A stretch of DNA of 64,000 bases from Oscillospiraceae bacterium (GTDB lineage Bacteria; Bacillota; Clostridia; Oscillospirales; Acutalibacteraceae). Every line of letters starts with the position of its first letter. Position 1 is the stretch's first letter. A program made the translations under genes and the position numbers. Positions 36,977 to 46,286 of the stretch are shown here, piece after piece. Below the pieces are notes generated by a model. That model worked only from the letters and a program-made list of their open reading frames with translations. It had not been told where the DNA came from and did not search any database. Location of the stretch: assembly GCA_009784445.1 (NCBI GenBank), contig WRBQ01000002.1:35860-99859 (forward strand). Reading direction: 5' to 3'.

Positions 36977-39900
36977 ATGGCCGCCAAACTGCAAACCATC
37001 ACTGAGCTTTACAATGAAACCATCGCCAGCATCACGCAATCCCCCGAACAGTGGCAGAGCTTCCTCCAAGCCGCCGCCCGCAACTACAAACTGCCCTTTG
37101 ACGAGCAGCTGTTGGTGTTCGCCCAACGCCCCGATGCCACCGCCGTGTTGGAGCTTCAACATTGGAACAACAAATTTGCACGCTGGGTCAAGCGCGGCAG
37201 CACGGGCATTGCCGTGTTCGACAACACATCAACTTACCCTCGCGTGCGCTATTACTTCGACATTGCAGATACCAACGAAAGCGAACACTCACGCCCTGTG
37301 CCATTGTGGCAAGCGCCTGCGGGCTATGTGCCCAACTTAGATATTGCCGTACTCGTGGAAGATAATCTCTTGGATTACACCGAAGAACTGGCCGCGCTCG
37401 CCCCCGACTTTGACCCTGCTGTGTTTCACCAAGTTGTGCTGGAAAGCGTGAATTTCATGGTACACACACGTTGCGGGATTGAACTACTCGCCCCGGATTT
37501 TGATGCACTGGCACAGTTTGACACGCCCATGTTGGTCAACGCACTGGGCACGGCGGTGAGCGATATTGCCGAAATGGGCTTGCGTGAGGTCATTCGCACA
37601 ATTGCAAATGACGAGCAGATGCGGTATACTGGTGAAAAAAGCGAAAAGGAGCACGATTATGAACCTAACCACGACACAAGTGAATGGCTACCACATCCCG
37701 AACGTGACGATGCCCGAACAACCGAGCACGCCCCTCAACCGCTGGGGCAGAGCGAGATTGAACCACCTGCGGCAGAACATGAAAATCCTGCACCGCCACC
37801 TGATGACCCAAGGCCAGCTGTGGCCGCACCTGCTAGAGATGCAGCAGACAGCGCAGGCTCGGCTGGATTTGCTGACCACGCAGATGGCGAAATCACAGGG
37901 CGTGACGGAGGAACTCAAGGCGAGCAATCAGCTGGCGTGGCTGGGGCAGATGAACAACATCAACGCCCAAGCCGAGGAGCTGGTCATGCGGGAGCTGGTG
38001 TTCAGCTAAGTCTGTTCCCCACGCAGGAGCAGCAAATTGCATATATTGAAGACGGCTTGTCCTTTGGGGGCGAGCCTTTTTCATTGGATGAGCCGGAGCA
38101 TGCTGCGATGTTCGAGCAGATTTTACGCGGTAGCGGACGCAACAGCGGCAGTTCGTTGCGCATTGCCGCCCACTTCGCGCGGGAACGCATGCCGGAGGAG
38201 GATGCCGCATTTGTACAGCAAGAGTTTGGCGAACGGTTTCGGGGCTTCCAATTCGGGCAGCAAAAAGTTGCCGTGGGGCACGCGCCGGACGGCATGGATA
38301 TTGCCTTTGGCGATAGCGTGCACTCACCGCAGGCAACATTGATTCCATGGAAAACCGTGGTTGACACACTGCGGGATATGCTCAATCGCGGCGAATACCA
38401 CCCGCAGGAAACCCTTGATCGTGCCGCAGATTTCGTCACGCGCGAAACAGCAGCAACGCTCAGCTATATGCAGCGCGAAATTGTCGAGGGACACACATTG
38501 CTTGAGGATGACAGTGTATTTTCGGGCGTTTACCCCGACAAAACCGACCGTCTTGCAGAGTTGCTCAAAGACTCTACCGCCCATGCCGAAATGGTTGCGG
38601 CTCTTGAAACATTCGCCGCTGACTATGCGCAAAACAGAGATTTACTGCGCTGGCATACTTATAAGCCTGCCGATGTGCGGCGCAAAGTGAAAGATGTGCA
38701 AGCACCCCGCAGACAGTTTGAAGTCGCGCCGGACTTTGATTATCTCCCGCCGCAGCTGGTCATTTCGCAGGACGAAATTGATGTTGAGTTGCGGCAAAAG
38801 CACTTGGGCAGCAAGCTGGACATCATTGAGTGTTTTGCGCAGGAAGATGCTGCGAAAGAGCGTGCCGCTTTTGTGAAGCAGCAATACGGTATCACGGGCG
38901 GCTCGTATGGTGATGGCTTCAGTAAAAATTATAGCGCTAAGGGATTGAGTCTCTCGCGCGGCGATTCACGAGAGCCGGATGCGCATGTGTTGGTCACGTG
39001 GCCGCAGGTGGCACAACGCATCGCCCAGCTGATTGCCAGCGACCGTTATCTCACCGCCAAAGACCACGCAGAACTGCCTGCGTATTATGCTGAGCAGGAA
39101 CGCCTTGAAATTCAGCGTAAACAGCATGAATTTATGGAATCCGTGGCGGACTTGCACCCTGCGGAAAAGCGGGATAGTTTGGCGCAACGGCTGACGAATT
39201 ATGTTGGTAGCTTGGAGTCGCATGAGGAAAAACACCTTATAGGTATTGCCGAGGACATCACCACTGAGCAAATGGAAGCCATGCTGCAATCGCCACCGCA
39301 AACACAGAAATTGATAGATGTTGTGACCAAGATTGCACGCAACACGGGTGGTGTGTTTGCTCGCAATCACGGTTATCGCTTTGGCGAGGAGTTGCAGGTG
39401 CTGCACTCGCGTGAGTATGCCTATGATGCCGGGCAAACGGTGACGATGGACGGCACGCAACGGGAAATTGCTTTTGTGGATGACAGCGTTGTGCGGCTGA
39501 ACAACCCGGATTTTCCGCTTGTGATGGAAGAAATACCGCGCGATGTGTTCGAGCAAAAGCTTGCCACAGATGAGCACAATGACCATTTGTTGCGGTTTGT
39601 GCAGGAGGATGTGCCCACATTGCCCACTGTACCCTATGTTGTCATTGAGTTCAGCGAAAGCCCACACTTTGCCGAGGGCGAGCGTCTTTCTTTCACCGAA
39701 GCTGACCTAAAGTTCAAACAGGTGGAGCGGCAGGAACGCCAAGAACGCGCGGGCGGTGGTGGCTATAACAAGACATTCGGCAAGATATATTTCTTGGATA
39801 ATCCAAACGACACTGAGCTTTCGACCTACGAGTTTCGCTATGACATCGGGGATTACAATGCGCAACGTTCTGGCTTGTTTAACCATGTGCAGAATCTTTG

Positions 39901-42900
39901 GAGCAATGTAGATAAGCAGTTGCAGTTAGGCGAATATGTAGGCTACACTGTTGATGATGTTGCCAATATACAGCGCATGCTTGCTATGCTGGAGCCATTG
40001 CAAGACAGGTTATATCGCCCGGCAGAGCTTCAACCAAAGAGCGAACTCGCTGTTGTAGACAACGAAGAACCGATTGCAGTGGGTCGTTTGGATTTTCTGG
40101 ATTCCAATGGCGAAGTTGTGGAATCAATTGAATACAACGACGAGAAAACTTTCATCGCAAAAATACGCGATGAAGACGACTACGGCGGAGCATTTTCCAT
40201 CGTGGTCTACCGCAGCCCAACAGATGGCAAGCCTCTTGTGGGTGTCAATCAGTTTGTTGAAGATATTCGGCCAATGAGAAGTTTACGATACGAGGATGTC
40301 CCAATCCGCGAAAAACCTGCCAACTTCCGCATCACGGACAACGAGTTGGGTTACGGTGGCGCAAAGGCAAAGTTCCGCATGAACACCGAGGCCATCAATT
40401 TGCTGAAAGCGGTGGAATTTGATGGGCAAGATATTACACCAGCGGAACAGGAAATCCTGTCGCGCTATGTCGGCTGGGGCGGCATTCCGCAGGCCTTTGA
40501 CCCGGATAATGCCGCATGGGAAACAGAATATCTCGAACTCAATGCGTTGTTATCCCCCGAAGAACATGCTGCCGCGCGTGCTTCCACATTGAATGCCCAT
40601 TACACCAGCCCAACGGTGATAAAAGCCATCTACAAGGCCGTGGAGAATATGGGCTTCACCAGCGGGAACATACTCGAACCGTCCTGCGGGGTTGGCAATT
40701 TTTTTGGCCTGCTGCCCGAAAGCATGGCGACAAGTAGGCTCTATGGCGTGGAACTCGACCCCATCACGGGCAGAATTGCGCAGCAGCTTTATCCTAACGC
40801 GGACATCAAGATTGCTGGCTTTGAGCAAACCGACCACCCCGATAGCTTCTTCGACCTCGCCATTGGCAATGTACCGTTTGGAGATTACAGCGTGGTTGAC
40901 CGCCGCTACGATAAGCACAAGTTCCTCATCCACGATTACTTCATAGCCAAGACACTGGATAAAGTACGTCCCGGCGGTGTGGTGGCGTTTGTGACGAGCA
41001 AAGGCACCCTAGATAAGCAAAATCCTGCGGTGCGCAAATATCTAGCCCAACGTGCGGAATTGTTGGGGGCGATTCGATTGCCCAGCAATGCCTTTTTGAA
41101 GAACGCAGGTACAGAAGTCACCAGTGATATCATCTTCCTGCAAAAGCGCGACAGACCCCTTGAACTTGAACCCGACTGGATTCACTTGGGGCAGACCGAA
41201 GATGGCATCCCCGTGAACTCGTACTTCGTGGACAACCCGCACATGGTGCTGGGCACGATGTCCATGGAAAGCACACAATATGGCAAAGACGACACGACTT
41301 GTCAGCCATTTCCCGACCGCGATTTGGCAGAGCTGCTGGATGAAGCCGTAGGGCACATCCGCGCGCAAGTGCAGGATTATGAGCGCGAAGACGATGACCC
41401 GCTGGAAAGCGAAAGCATTCCCGCCGACCCGGATGTGCGCAACTTTAGCTTTGCTATCCACGAGGGGCAGATAGTCTACCGCGAAAACTCCATCATGATG
41501 CCGCAGGAGATGAGTGCCACCGCGCAAAGCCGTGTGCGGGGGATGATTGGCATCCGGGACAGCGCCCGCAGGTTGATTGACCTGCAAACCGAGGATGCAC
41601 CCGACAGTGAAATCCAGCGTGAACAAGTGCGGCTAGGGCTGTTGTATGATGCTTTCACCGCCAAGTATGGCCTGCTCAACGACCGCGCCAACGCCACCGT
41701 GTTTCGCGATGATGGCAGTTACCCGCTACTATGTTCCCTTGAAGTCCTAGACAATGAGGGCAAGCTCAAACGTAAGGCAGATATGTTCAGCAAGCGGACG
41801 ATTAAACCGCACGCGCCTGTCACACATGTGGACACAGCCGCCGAAGCTCTTGCGGTGTCGATTGGCGAAAAGGCACGGGTTGACCTAGACTTCATGGCCG
41901 AGCTTTCGGGGCTGAATGAAGATGCACTCATTGCAGATTTGCAGGGGGTTATCTTTCAAGAGCCTGTGTCAAGGCAATGGCAGACAGCAGATGAATACCT
42001 ATCTGGCAATGTGCGCGAGAAGTTGCGGGTTGCACGGGAGCATGACATGCCGACCAACATAGCTGCTTTAGAACTCGCCCAACCTGTGGACTTAACCGCC
42101 GCTGAGATTTCGGTGCGACTGGGTGCAACCTGGCTGCCGCCCGATGTGGCGCAGGACTTTATGCATGAACTGCTGAAACCACCAAGCTGGCAGCGCAGCA
42201 AAATTCAGGTGCATTATTCTAAGCACACCGCTGAATGGAGCATCACCGGCAAGACTGTAGACCGCTATAGCATTGCCGCAAGCACAACTTATGGCACAAA
42301 ATGCATCAGTGCCTATCACATCATTGAGCAGACATTGAATTTGCGTGCGGTGCGGGTGTTTGATACGGTCTATAAGGACGGTAAGGAAGAACGCGTGCTA
42401 AACCCCAAGGAAACAGCCATTGCACAGGGCAAACAAGAGCAAATCAAGCAAAAGTTTGCAGATTGGATTTGGGCTGACCCCGAACGCCGTGCACGGCTTT
42501 GTGCGCTGTACAACGAACAGTTCAACTCTATTCGTCCGCGTGAGTATGATGGCAGCCATATTCAGTTCGTGGGGATGAACCCCGAAATTACGCTGGATAA
42601 ACATCAAGTGGATGCCGTTGCCCGCAAACTTTACGGCGGCAACACGTTGTTTGCCCATGAGGTGGGGGCGGGGAAAACCTACACCATGATAGCCTCAGCG
42701 ATGGAAAGCAAACGCCTTGGCTTGTGCAATAAATCCCTGTTTGTTGTGCCCAATAACATCGTGGGGCAGTTTGCCAGCGAGTTTTTGCAGCTTTACCCCA
42801 GTGCTAATGTACTGATGGTCACGGCTCGTGATTTTGAGAAAAGCAATCGCAAGAAGTTCTGCGCGCGCATTGCTACCGGGGATTACGACGGCATCGTCAT

Positions 42901-43759
42901 GGCGCACAGTCAGTTTGAGAAACTGCCGATGTCACGTGAGTGGCAGGAAGATTTTCTGCAAAGCCAAGTCAACGACATCAGCAGTGGAATTGCCGATGCG
43001 AAAGAACAGCAGGGCGAGCGTTTGACGGTCAAGGCAATGGAGCGTGTCAAAAAATTCTTGCAGACCAGAATCCAAAAGCTGAATGAACAATTCCGCAAGG
43101 ATGATATGCTCAACTTTGAGCAACTCGGTGTGGATGCGCTGTATGTGGATGAGGCTGACCTGTTCAAGAACCTCATGTTAGTCACCAAAATGCGCAATGT
43201 GGCAGGTATTGGTCAGAGTGATGCAAAGAAAGCCAGTGACTTGTTCATGAAAACACGTTGGCTGGATGATGTCACTGGGCGGCGCGGCGTGTGTCTTGCT
43301 ACGGGCACGCCTATCAGTAATACCATGGCCGAAATGTACACCATGCAACGCTATCTACAATACGACACCCTAGTTGCGCATGGATTGGAGCACTTTGACT
43401 GTTGGGCATCGACTTTTGGCGAAACCGTCACGGCGATGGAGTTAGCCCCCGAGGGCACGGGCTTTCGCATGAAAACGCGATTTGCGAAGTTTTACAACCT
43501 GCCCGAACTCATGGCGATGTTCCGTGAGGTTGCGGACATCCAAACGGCAGATATGCTTAACCTGCCCACACCCAAGGTGCACCAGCGCATTATTGCCGCA
43601 AAGCCCAGCCCGCAACAAAAAGAAATGGTGTTGGCACTGGCCGAGCGTGCAGAGAAAATCCGCAGGCGCGAGGTCAAGCCCACAGAAGATAACATGCTGT
43701 TGGTGACGAATGACGGCAGAAAACTTGCGCTTGACCAGCCCGTTGTTGCCGGATTTTGA
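36977..43759 (+). CDS. Giant polyvalent ICE protein: ArdC-N-like ssDNA-binding module, N6-adenine DNA methyltransferase, N-terminal half of an SNF2/DEAD-type helicase (frame-interrupted at about 43740)
   Basis: AAGGAGG lies before the ATG. The N-terminal module reads LLVFAQRPDATAV...W..F.RWVKRGSTGIAVF. Methyltransferase motifs are EPSCGVGNFFG (motif I) and IGNVPFG (motif IV-like). Helicase motifs are AHEVGAGKTY (Walker A) and VDEADLFKN. Confidence 0.85.
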   Translation: MAAKLQTITELYNETIASITQSPEQWQSFLQAAARNYKLPFDEQLLVFAQRPDATAVLELQHWNNKFARWVKRGSTGIAVFDNTSTYPRVRYYFDIADTNESEHSRPVPLWQAPAGYVPNLDIAVLVEDNLLDYTEELAALAPDFDPAVFHQVVLESVNFMVHTRCGIELLAPDFDALAQFDTPMLVNALGTAVSDIAEMGLREVIRTIANDEQMRYTGEKSEKEHDYEPNHDTSEWLPHPERDDARTTEHAPQPLGQSEIEPPAAEHENPAPPPDDPRPAVAAPARDAADSAGSAGFADHADGEITGRDGGTQGEQSAGVAGADEQHQRPSRGAGHAGAGVQLSLFPTQEQQIAYIEDGLSFGGEPFSLDEPEHAAMFEQILRGSGRNSGSSLRIAAHFARERMPEEDAAFVQQEFGERFRGFQFGQQKVAVGHAPDGMDIAFGDSVHSPQATLIPWKTVVDTLRDMLNRGEYHPQETLDRAADFVTRETAATLSYMQREIVEGHTLLEDDSVFSGVYPDKTDRLAELLKDSTAHAEMVAALETFAADYAQNRDLLRWHTYKPADVRRKVKDVQAPRRQFEVAPDFDYLPPQLVISQDEIDVELRQKHLGSKLDIIECFAQEDAAKERAAFVKQQYGITGGSYGDGFSKNYSAKGLSLSRGDSREPDAHVLVTWPQVAQRIAQLIASDRYLTAKDHAELPAYYAEQERLEIQRKQHEFMESVADLHPAEKRDSLAQRLTNYVGSLESHEEKHLIGIAEDITTEQMEAMLQSPPQTQKLIDVVTKIARNTGGVFARNHGYRFGEELQVLHSREYAYDAGQTVTMDGTQREIAFVDDSVVRLNNPDFPLVMEEIPRDVFEQKLATDEHNDHLLRFVQEDVPTLPTVPYVVIEFSESPHFAEGERLSFTEADLKFKQVERQERQERAGGGGYNKTFGKIYFLDNPNDTELSTYEFRYDIGDYNAQRSGLFNHVQNLWSNVDKQLQLGEYVGYTVDDVANIQRMLAMLEPLQDRLYRPAELQPKSELAVVDNEEPIAVGRLDFLDSNGEVVESIEYNDEKTFIAKIRDEDDYGGAFSIVVYRSPTDGKPLVGVNQFVEDIRPMRSLRYEDVPIREKPANFRITDNELGYGGAKAKFRMNTEAINLLKAVEFDGQDITPAEQEILSRYVGWGGIPQAFDPDNAAWETEYLELNALLSPEEHAAARASTLNAHYTSPTVIKAIYKAVENMGFTSGNILEPSCGVGNFFGLLPESMATSRLYGVELDPITGRIAQQLYPNADIKIAGFEQTDHPDSFFDLAIGNVPFGDYSVVDRRYDKHKFLIHDYFIAKTLDKVRPGGVVAFVTSKGTLDKQNPAVRKYLAQRAELLGAIRLPSNAFLKNAGTEVTSDIIFLQKRDRPLELEPDWIHLGQTEDGIPVNSYFVDNPHMVLGTMSMESTQYGKDDTTCQPFPDRDLAELLDEAVGHIRAQVQDYEREDDDPLESESIPADPDVRNFSFAIHEGQIVYRENSIMMPQEMSATAQSRVRGMIGIRDSARRLIDLQTEDAPDSEIQREQVRLGLLYDAFTAKYGLLNDRANATVFRDDGSYPLLCSLEVLDNEGKLKRKADMFSKRTIKPHAPVTHVDTAAEALAVSIGEKARVDLDFMAELSGLNEDALIADLQGVIFQEPVSRQWQTADEYLSGNVREKLRVAREHDMPTNIAALELAQPVDLTAAEISVRLGATWLPPDVAQDFMHELLKPPSWQRSKIQVHYSKHTAEWSITGKTVDRYSIAASTTYGTKCISAYHIIEQTLNLRAVRVFDTVYKDGKEERVLNPKETAIAQGKQEQIKQKFADWIWADPERRARLCALYNEQFNSIRPREYDGSHIQFVGMNPEITLDKHQVDAVARKLYGGNTLFAHEVGAGKTYTMIASAMESKRLGLCNKSLFVVPNNIVGQFASEFLQLYPSANVLMVTARDFEKSNRKKFCARIATGDYDGIVMAHSQFEKLPMSREWQEDFLQSQVNDISSGIADAKEQQGERLTVKAMERVKKFLQTRIQKLNEQFRKDDMLNFEQLGVDALYVDEADLFKNLMLVTKMRNVAGIGQSDAKKASDLFMKTRWLDDVTGRRGVCLATGTPISNTMAEMYTMQRYLQYDTLVAHGLEHFDCWASTFGETVTAMELAPEGTGFRMKTRFAKFYNLPELMAMFREVADIQTADMLNLPTPKVHQRIIAAKPSPQQKEMVLALAERAEKIRRREVKPTEDNMLLVTNDGRKLALDQPVVAGF
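37659..38009 (+). CDS. TnpV-like small protein encoded in the +1 frame inside the giant ORF (nested gene candidate)
   Basis: AAGGAG (37646-37651) lies 7 nt before ATG 37659. The 116-aa product has ...PLNRWGRARLNHLRQN...QMAKSQGVTEELKASNQLAWLGQMNNINAQAEELVMRELVF, matching my recollection of the TnpV family pattern. About five in six codons end in G/C in this frame. Confidence 0.6.
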   Translation: MNLTTTQVNGYHIPNVTMPEQPSTPLNRWGRARLNHLRQNMKILHRHLMTQGQLWPHLLEMQQTAQARLDLLTTQMAKSQGVTEELKASNQLAWLGQMNNINAQAEELVMRELVFS

Positions 43760-45062
43760 GGGTAGTAAGGTGAATCTTTGTGTGGATAATCTGCACCGCA
43801 TTTGGCAGGCAACCGCTGATAAGCGTTCAACCCAGCTTGCATTTGTGGATTTATCTACGCCGAAAAACGATGAAAACTTTGATGTGTACCACGACATCAA
43901 AGAAAAGTTGCTGCTGCGGGGCATACCAGCAGACGAAATTGCGTTTGTGCATTCGGCAAAAAATGAAGCCCAAAAGCAGGCGTTGTTCGGCAAAGTGCGC
44001 AACGGCGATGTGCGGGTTTTGCTGGGCAGCACCGCTAAGATGGGCGCAGGCACCAACGTGCAGGATCTCATCATCGCTTCGCATGACCTTGACTGCCCGT
44101 GGCGGCCGCGTGATTTGCAACAACGCCTTGGACGCATGGAACGGCGTGGCAATCAAAACCCGGAAGTGGAGAATTTTCGTTACGTCACCGAGCAGACCTT
44201 TGACAGCTACTTATACCAAATGAACGAAAACAAGCAGAAGTTCATTTCGCAGATATTCACTTCAAAATGCCCCGCGCGTGTGATGCAGGACGTGGACGAA
44301 ACGGTGCTCGGCTTTGCTGAGGTCAAAGCCCTTGCCACAGGCGACTTGCGCATCATGGAGCTGTGCAGCCTTGAAGCCGAGGTGAACAAGTTAAAGCTGC
44401 TGAAGTCCAGCTTCATGAGTGAGCGTTATGCTTTGCAGGACAGTGCCGGCAAGCATTTGCCCGAAAGGATTCACCGGCTGGAACAAAAAATACAGGGGCT
44501 TGAAAGTGACATAAAGCTTGCAACACAATCCTCTCCCGCCACTGCTGAGCAGTTTGCGGGTATGGTCGTTGAGGGCAGGAACTTCGATACGCCCAAAGAT
44601 GCAGGTTTTGCTATACTGGAAGCCTGCAAGGCCTTTCAAGGCAGAGAGCCAAAGCCCATTGGCAGTTACCGAGGGTTTCAACTGGAAGTCGTTTGGGATT
44701 ATTACAACGGTATCCATGCGATACGCTTGTGCGGACAGGAGCAACACAAGGTGGAGATGGGCACTGATGCACGCGGCAACGTCACCCGAATTGATAACGC
44801 CATCGCTGACTTGCCGCAGGAATTGCAGAACAGCCAAAATGCCCTACAAGAAACTCGGCAGCAATTGGTTACGGCACTAGCCGAAAAGGACAAGCCGTTC
44901 CCGCAAGAAGCCGAACTGACTGAGAAGTCCGCGCGGCTGGCGGAGCTTGCCGTGGCCTTGCAGCTGGATAAACGCGTGCCCGAAGTCTTAGATAGCGATG
45001 TGCCCGATGAGGGGGATAGCGTTGCTGTGCCTGCGAGGAAAAAAGATGGGCGGGAACGCTAG
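43710..45062 (+). CDS. C-terminal half of the SNF2-type helicase (continuation of the giant protein after a +1 frame break)
   Basis: PLLPDFEGSKVN... continues the sense of ...TNDGRKLALDQ from the upstream frame. Helicase C motifs are LLGSTAKMGAGTNVQ and QQRLGRMERRGN. The ATG at 43710 is probably not a real start. Confidence 0.8.
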   Translation: MTAENLRLTSPLLPDFEGSKVNLCVDNLHRIWQATADKRSTQLAFVDLSTPKNDENFDVYHDIKEKLLLRGIPADEIAFVHSAKNEAQKQALFGKVRNGDVRVLLGSTAKMGAGTNVQDLIIASHDLDCPWRPRDLQQRLGRMERRGNQNPEVENFRYVTEQTFDSYLYQMNENKQKFISQIFTSKCPARVMQDVDETVLGFAEVKALATGDLRIMELCSLEAEVNKLKLLKSSFMSERYALQDSAGKHLPERIHRLEQKIQGLESDIKLATQSSPATAEQFAGMVVEGRNFDTPKDAGFAILEACKAFQGREPKPIGSYRGFQLEVVWDYYNGIHAIRLCGQEQHKVEMGTDARGNVTRIDNAIADLPQELQNSQNALQETRQQLVTALAEKDKPFPQEAELTEKSARLAELAVALQLDKRVPEVLDSDVPDEGDSVAVPARKKDGRER

Positions 45063-45088
45063 ACTTTTGCACGCGAATGTGTTATACT
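45060..45088 (+). promoter_or_regulatory. Candidate promoter of the HipA-like gene
   Basis: TAGACT (45060-45065), 17-nt spacer, TGtTATACT (to 45088). Confidence 0.5.
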
Positions 45089-45107
45089 ATTGGAAAGAGG
45101 TGGAATT

Positions 45108-46247
45108 ATGCAAACATACGAATTACGCATTTTCGACACAACCTTGCTGCGCTTTAGCCTAGAAAGTGCTGACATCGAAGGGTTGCGCGCCAGCATTCTT
45201 TCGGTCAAGCAGAATGAAAAACACCTGCTCCCCTTGGACTTAGAATTGAGTGCCGAGGGTGTTGCGGCATGGCTACGGCGGCGGGTCATCCCCAAAAACC
45301 GCGCGTTCGTGGATGAAATCCTGCGCTCACTTGGCCTTTCGCAAGGTGACACACAGGGCATTATCGACATCTGCAAAGGCTTGTCGCTCAATGATTGCTA
45401 CTGGGTTGTGCCCGAGGGATTTGACGGCAAGTTTGCTGACTTCAACCTCTACGAGAACCGCTTTTCGGAAATCTTAGCACTGGTTGCTTACACCGGGGCT
45501 GGGCAAAGCCAAGAGGCATTCACCACCTCGCCCGAACTCACGACCAATGGCATGCTGCCCAAGGCTTGGCGTTTCGTTGAAACCGACGGCATCACGCTGT
45601 ACAAGGGCGGCACAACAGGCGCGGCCAACACGGGCAATGAGCCGTTTGCAGAGTTTTACGCCTGTCAGATTGCACAGGCCATGGGGCTTGACGTGGTGCA
45701 ATATGACCTCGAAAACTGGAAAGGCATGCTTGCGTCAACTTGTAAGCTGTTCACGAACCTCGACACCGCTTATGTACCCATTGGCCGCGTAGTGCGCAGC
45801 GGCGGTTTGAAAGCCGTGCTTGCCTATCACGAAAAACTCAGCCCACAAGCCTTTGAAGCCGTGAAAAGCATGCTCGTATTTGATGCCGTCATTTGCAATG
45901 AGGACAGGCATTTCGGCAACTTTGGGCTGCTGCGAAATAACCGTACTGGCGAAATCTTGGGCACTGCGCCGCTGTTCGACCATGGCTTTTCGCTGTTCAA
46001 CCTCGCCATGCCGAGCGATTTCAACGACCTTGCGGCTTACGCCAAAACCCGTGCGCCTGTCTATGAAGGCACAGCCTTTGAGGGCATTTGCCGTGCGGTG
46101 ATGGGCAAGCAGCAAGCTGCGCAGTTGCGGCAACTGATTGGCTTTACGTTCAAACGACATCCCAGCATCAACTGGCCCGAAGAACGCTTGCAGGCCATTG
46201 AGCAATGGCTGCAAGGGCGCGTGCGGGAGTTGTTGAATTTACGCTAA
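45108..46247 (+). CDS. HipA-like serine/threonine kinase domain protein
   Basis: GAGGTGG lies before ATG 45108. The C-terminal kinase core has VICNEDRHFGNFGLL (catalytic loop) and APLFDHGFSL (metal-binding Asp). The N-terminal ...IPKNRAFVDEIL...LSLNDCYWV matches HipA-N-like regions. Confidence 0.8.
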   Translation: MQTYELRIFDTTLLRFSLESADIEGLRASILSVKQNEKHLLPLDLELSAEGVAAWLRRRVIPKNRAFVDEILRSLGLSQGDTQGIIDICKGLSLNDCYWVVPEGFDGKFADFNLYENRFSEILALVAYTGAGQSQEAFTTSPELTTNGMLPKAWRFVETDGITLYKGGTTGAANTGNEPFAEFYACQIAQAMGLDVVQYDLENWKGMLASTCKLFTNLDTAYVPIGRVVRSGGLKAVLAYHEKLSPQAFEAVKSMLVFDAVICNEDRHFGNFGLLRNNRTGEILGTAPLFDHGFSLFNLAMPSDFNDLAAYAKTRAPVYEGTAFEGICRAVMGKQQAAQLRQLIGFTFKRHPSINWPEERLQAIEQWLQGRVRELLNLR

Positions 46248-46254
46248 TCCATCC

Positions 46255-46278
46255 AAGCCGTCCGATTTCGGGCGGCTT
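46255..46278. terminator. Bidirectional terminator between convergent genes
   Basis: AAGCCGTCCG-ATTT-CGGGCGGCTT hairpin with one G-U pair. Confidence 0.6.
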
Positions 46279-46286
46279 TCGCTAAT

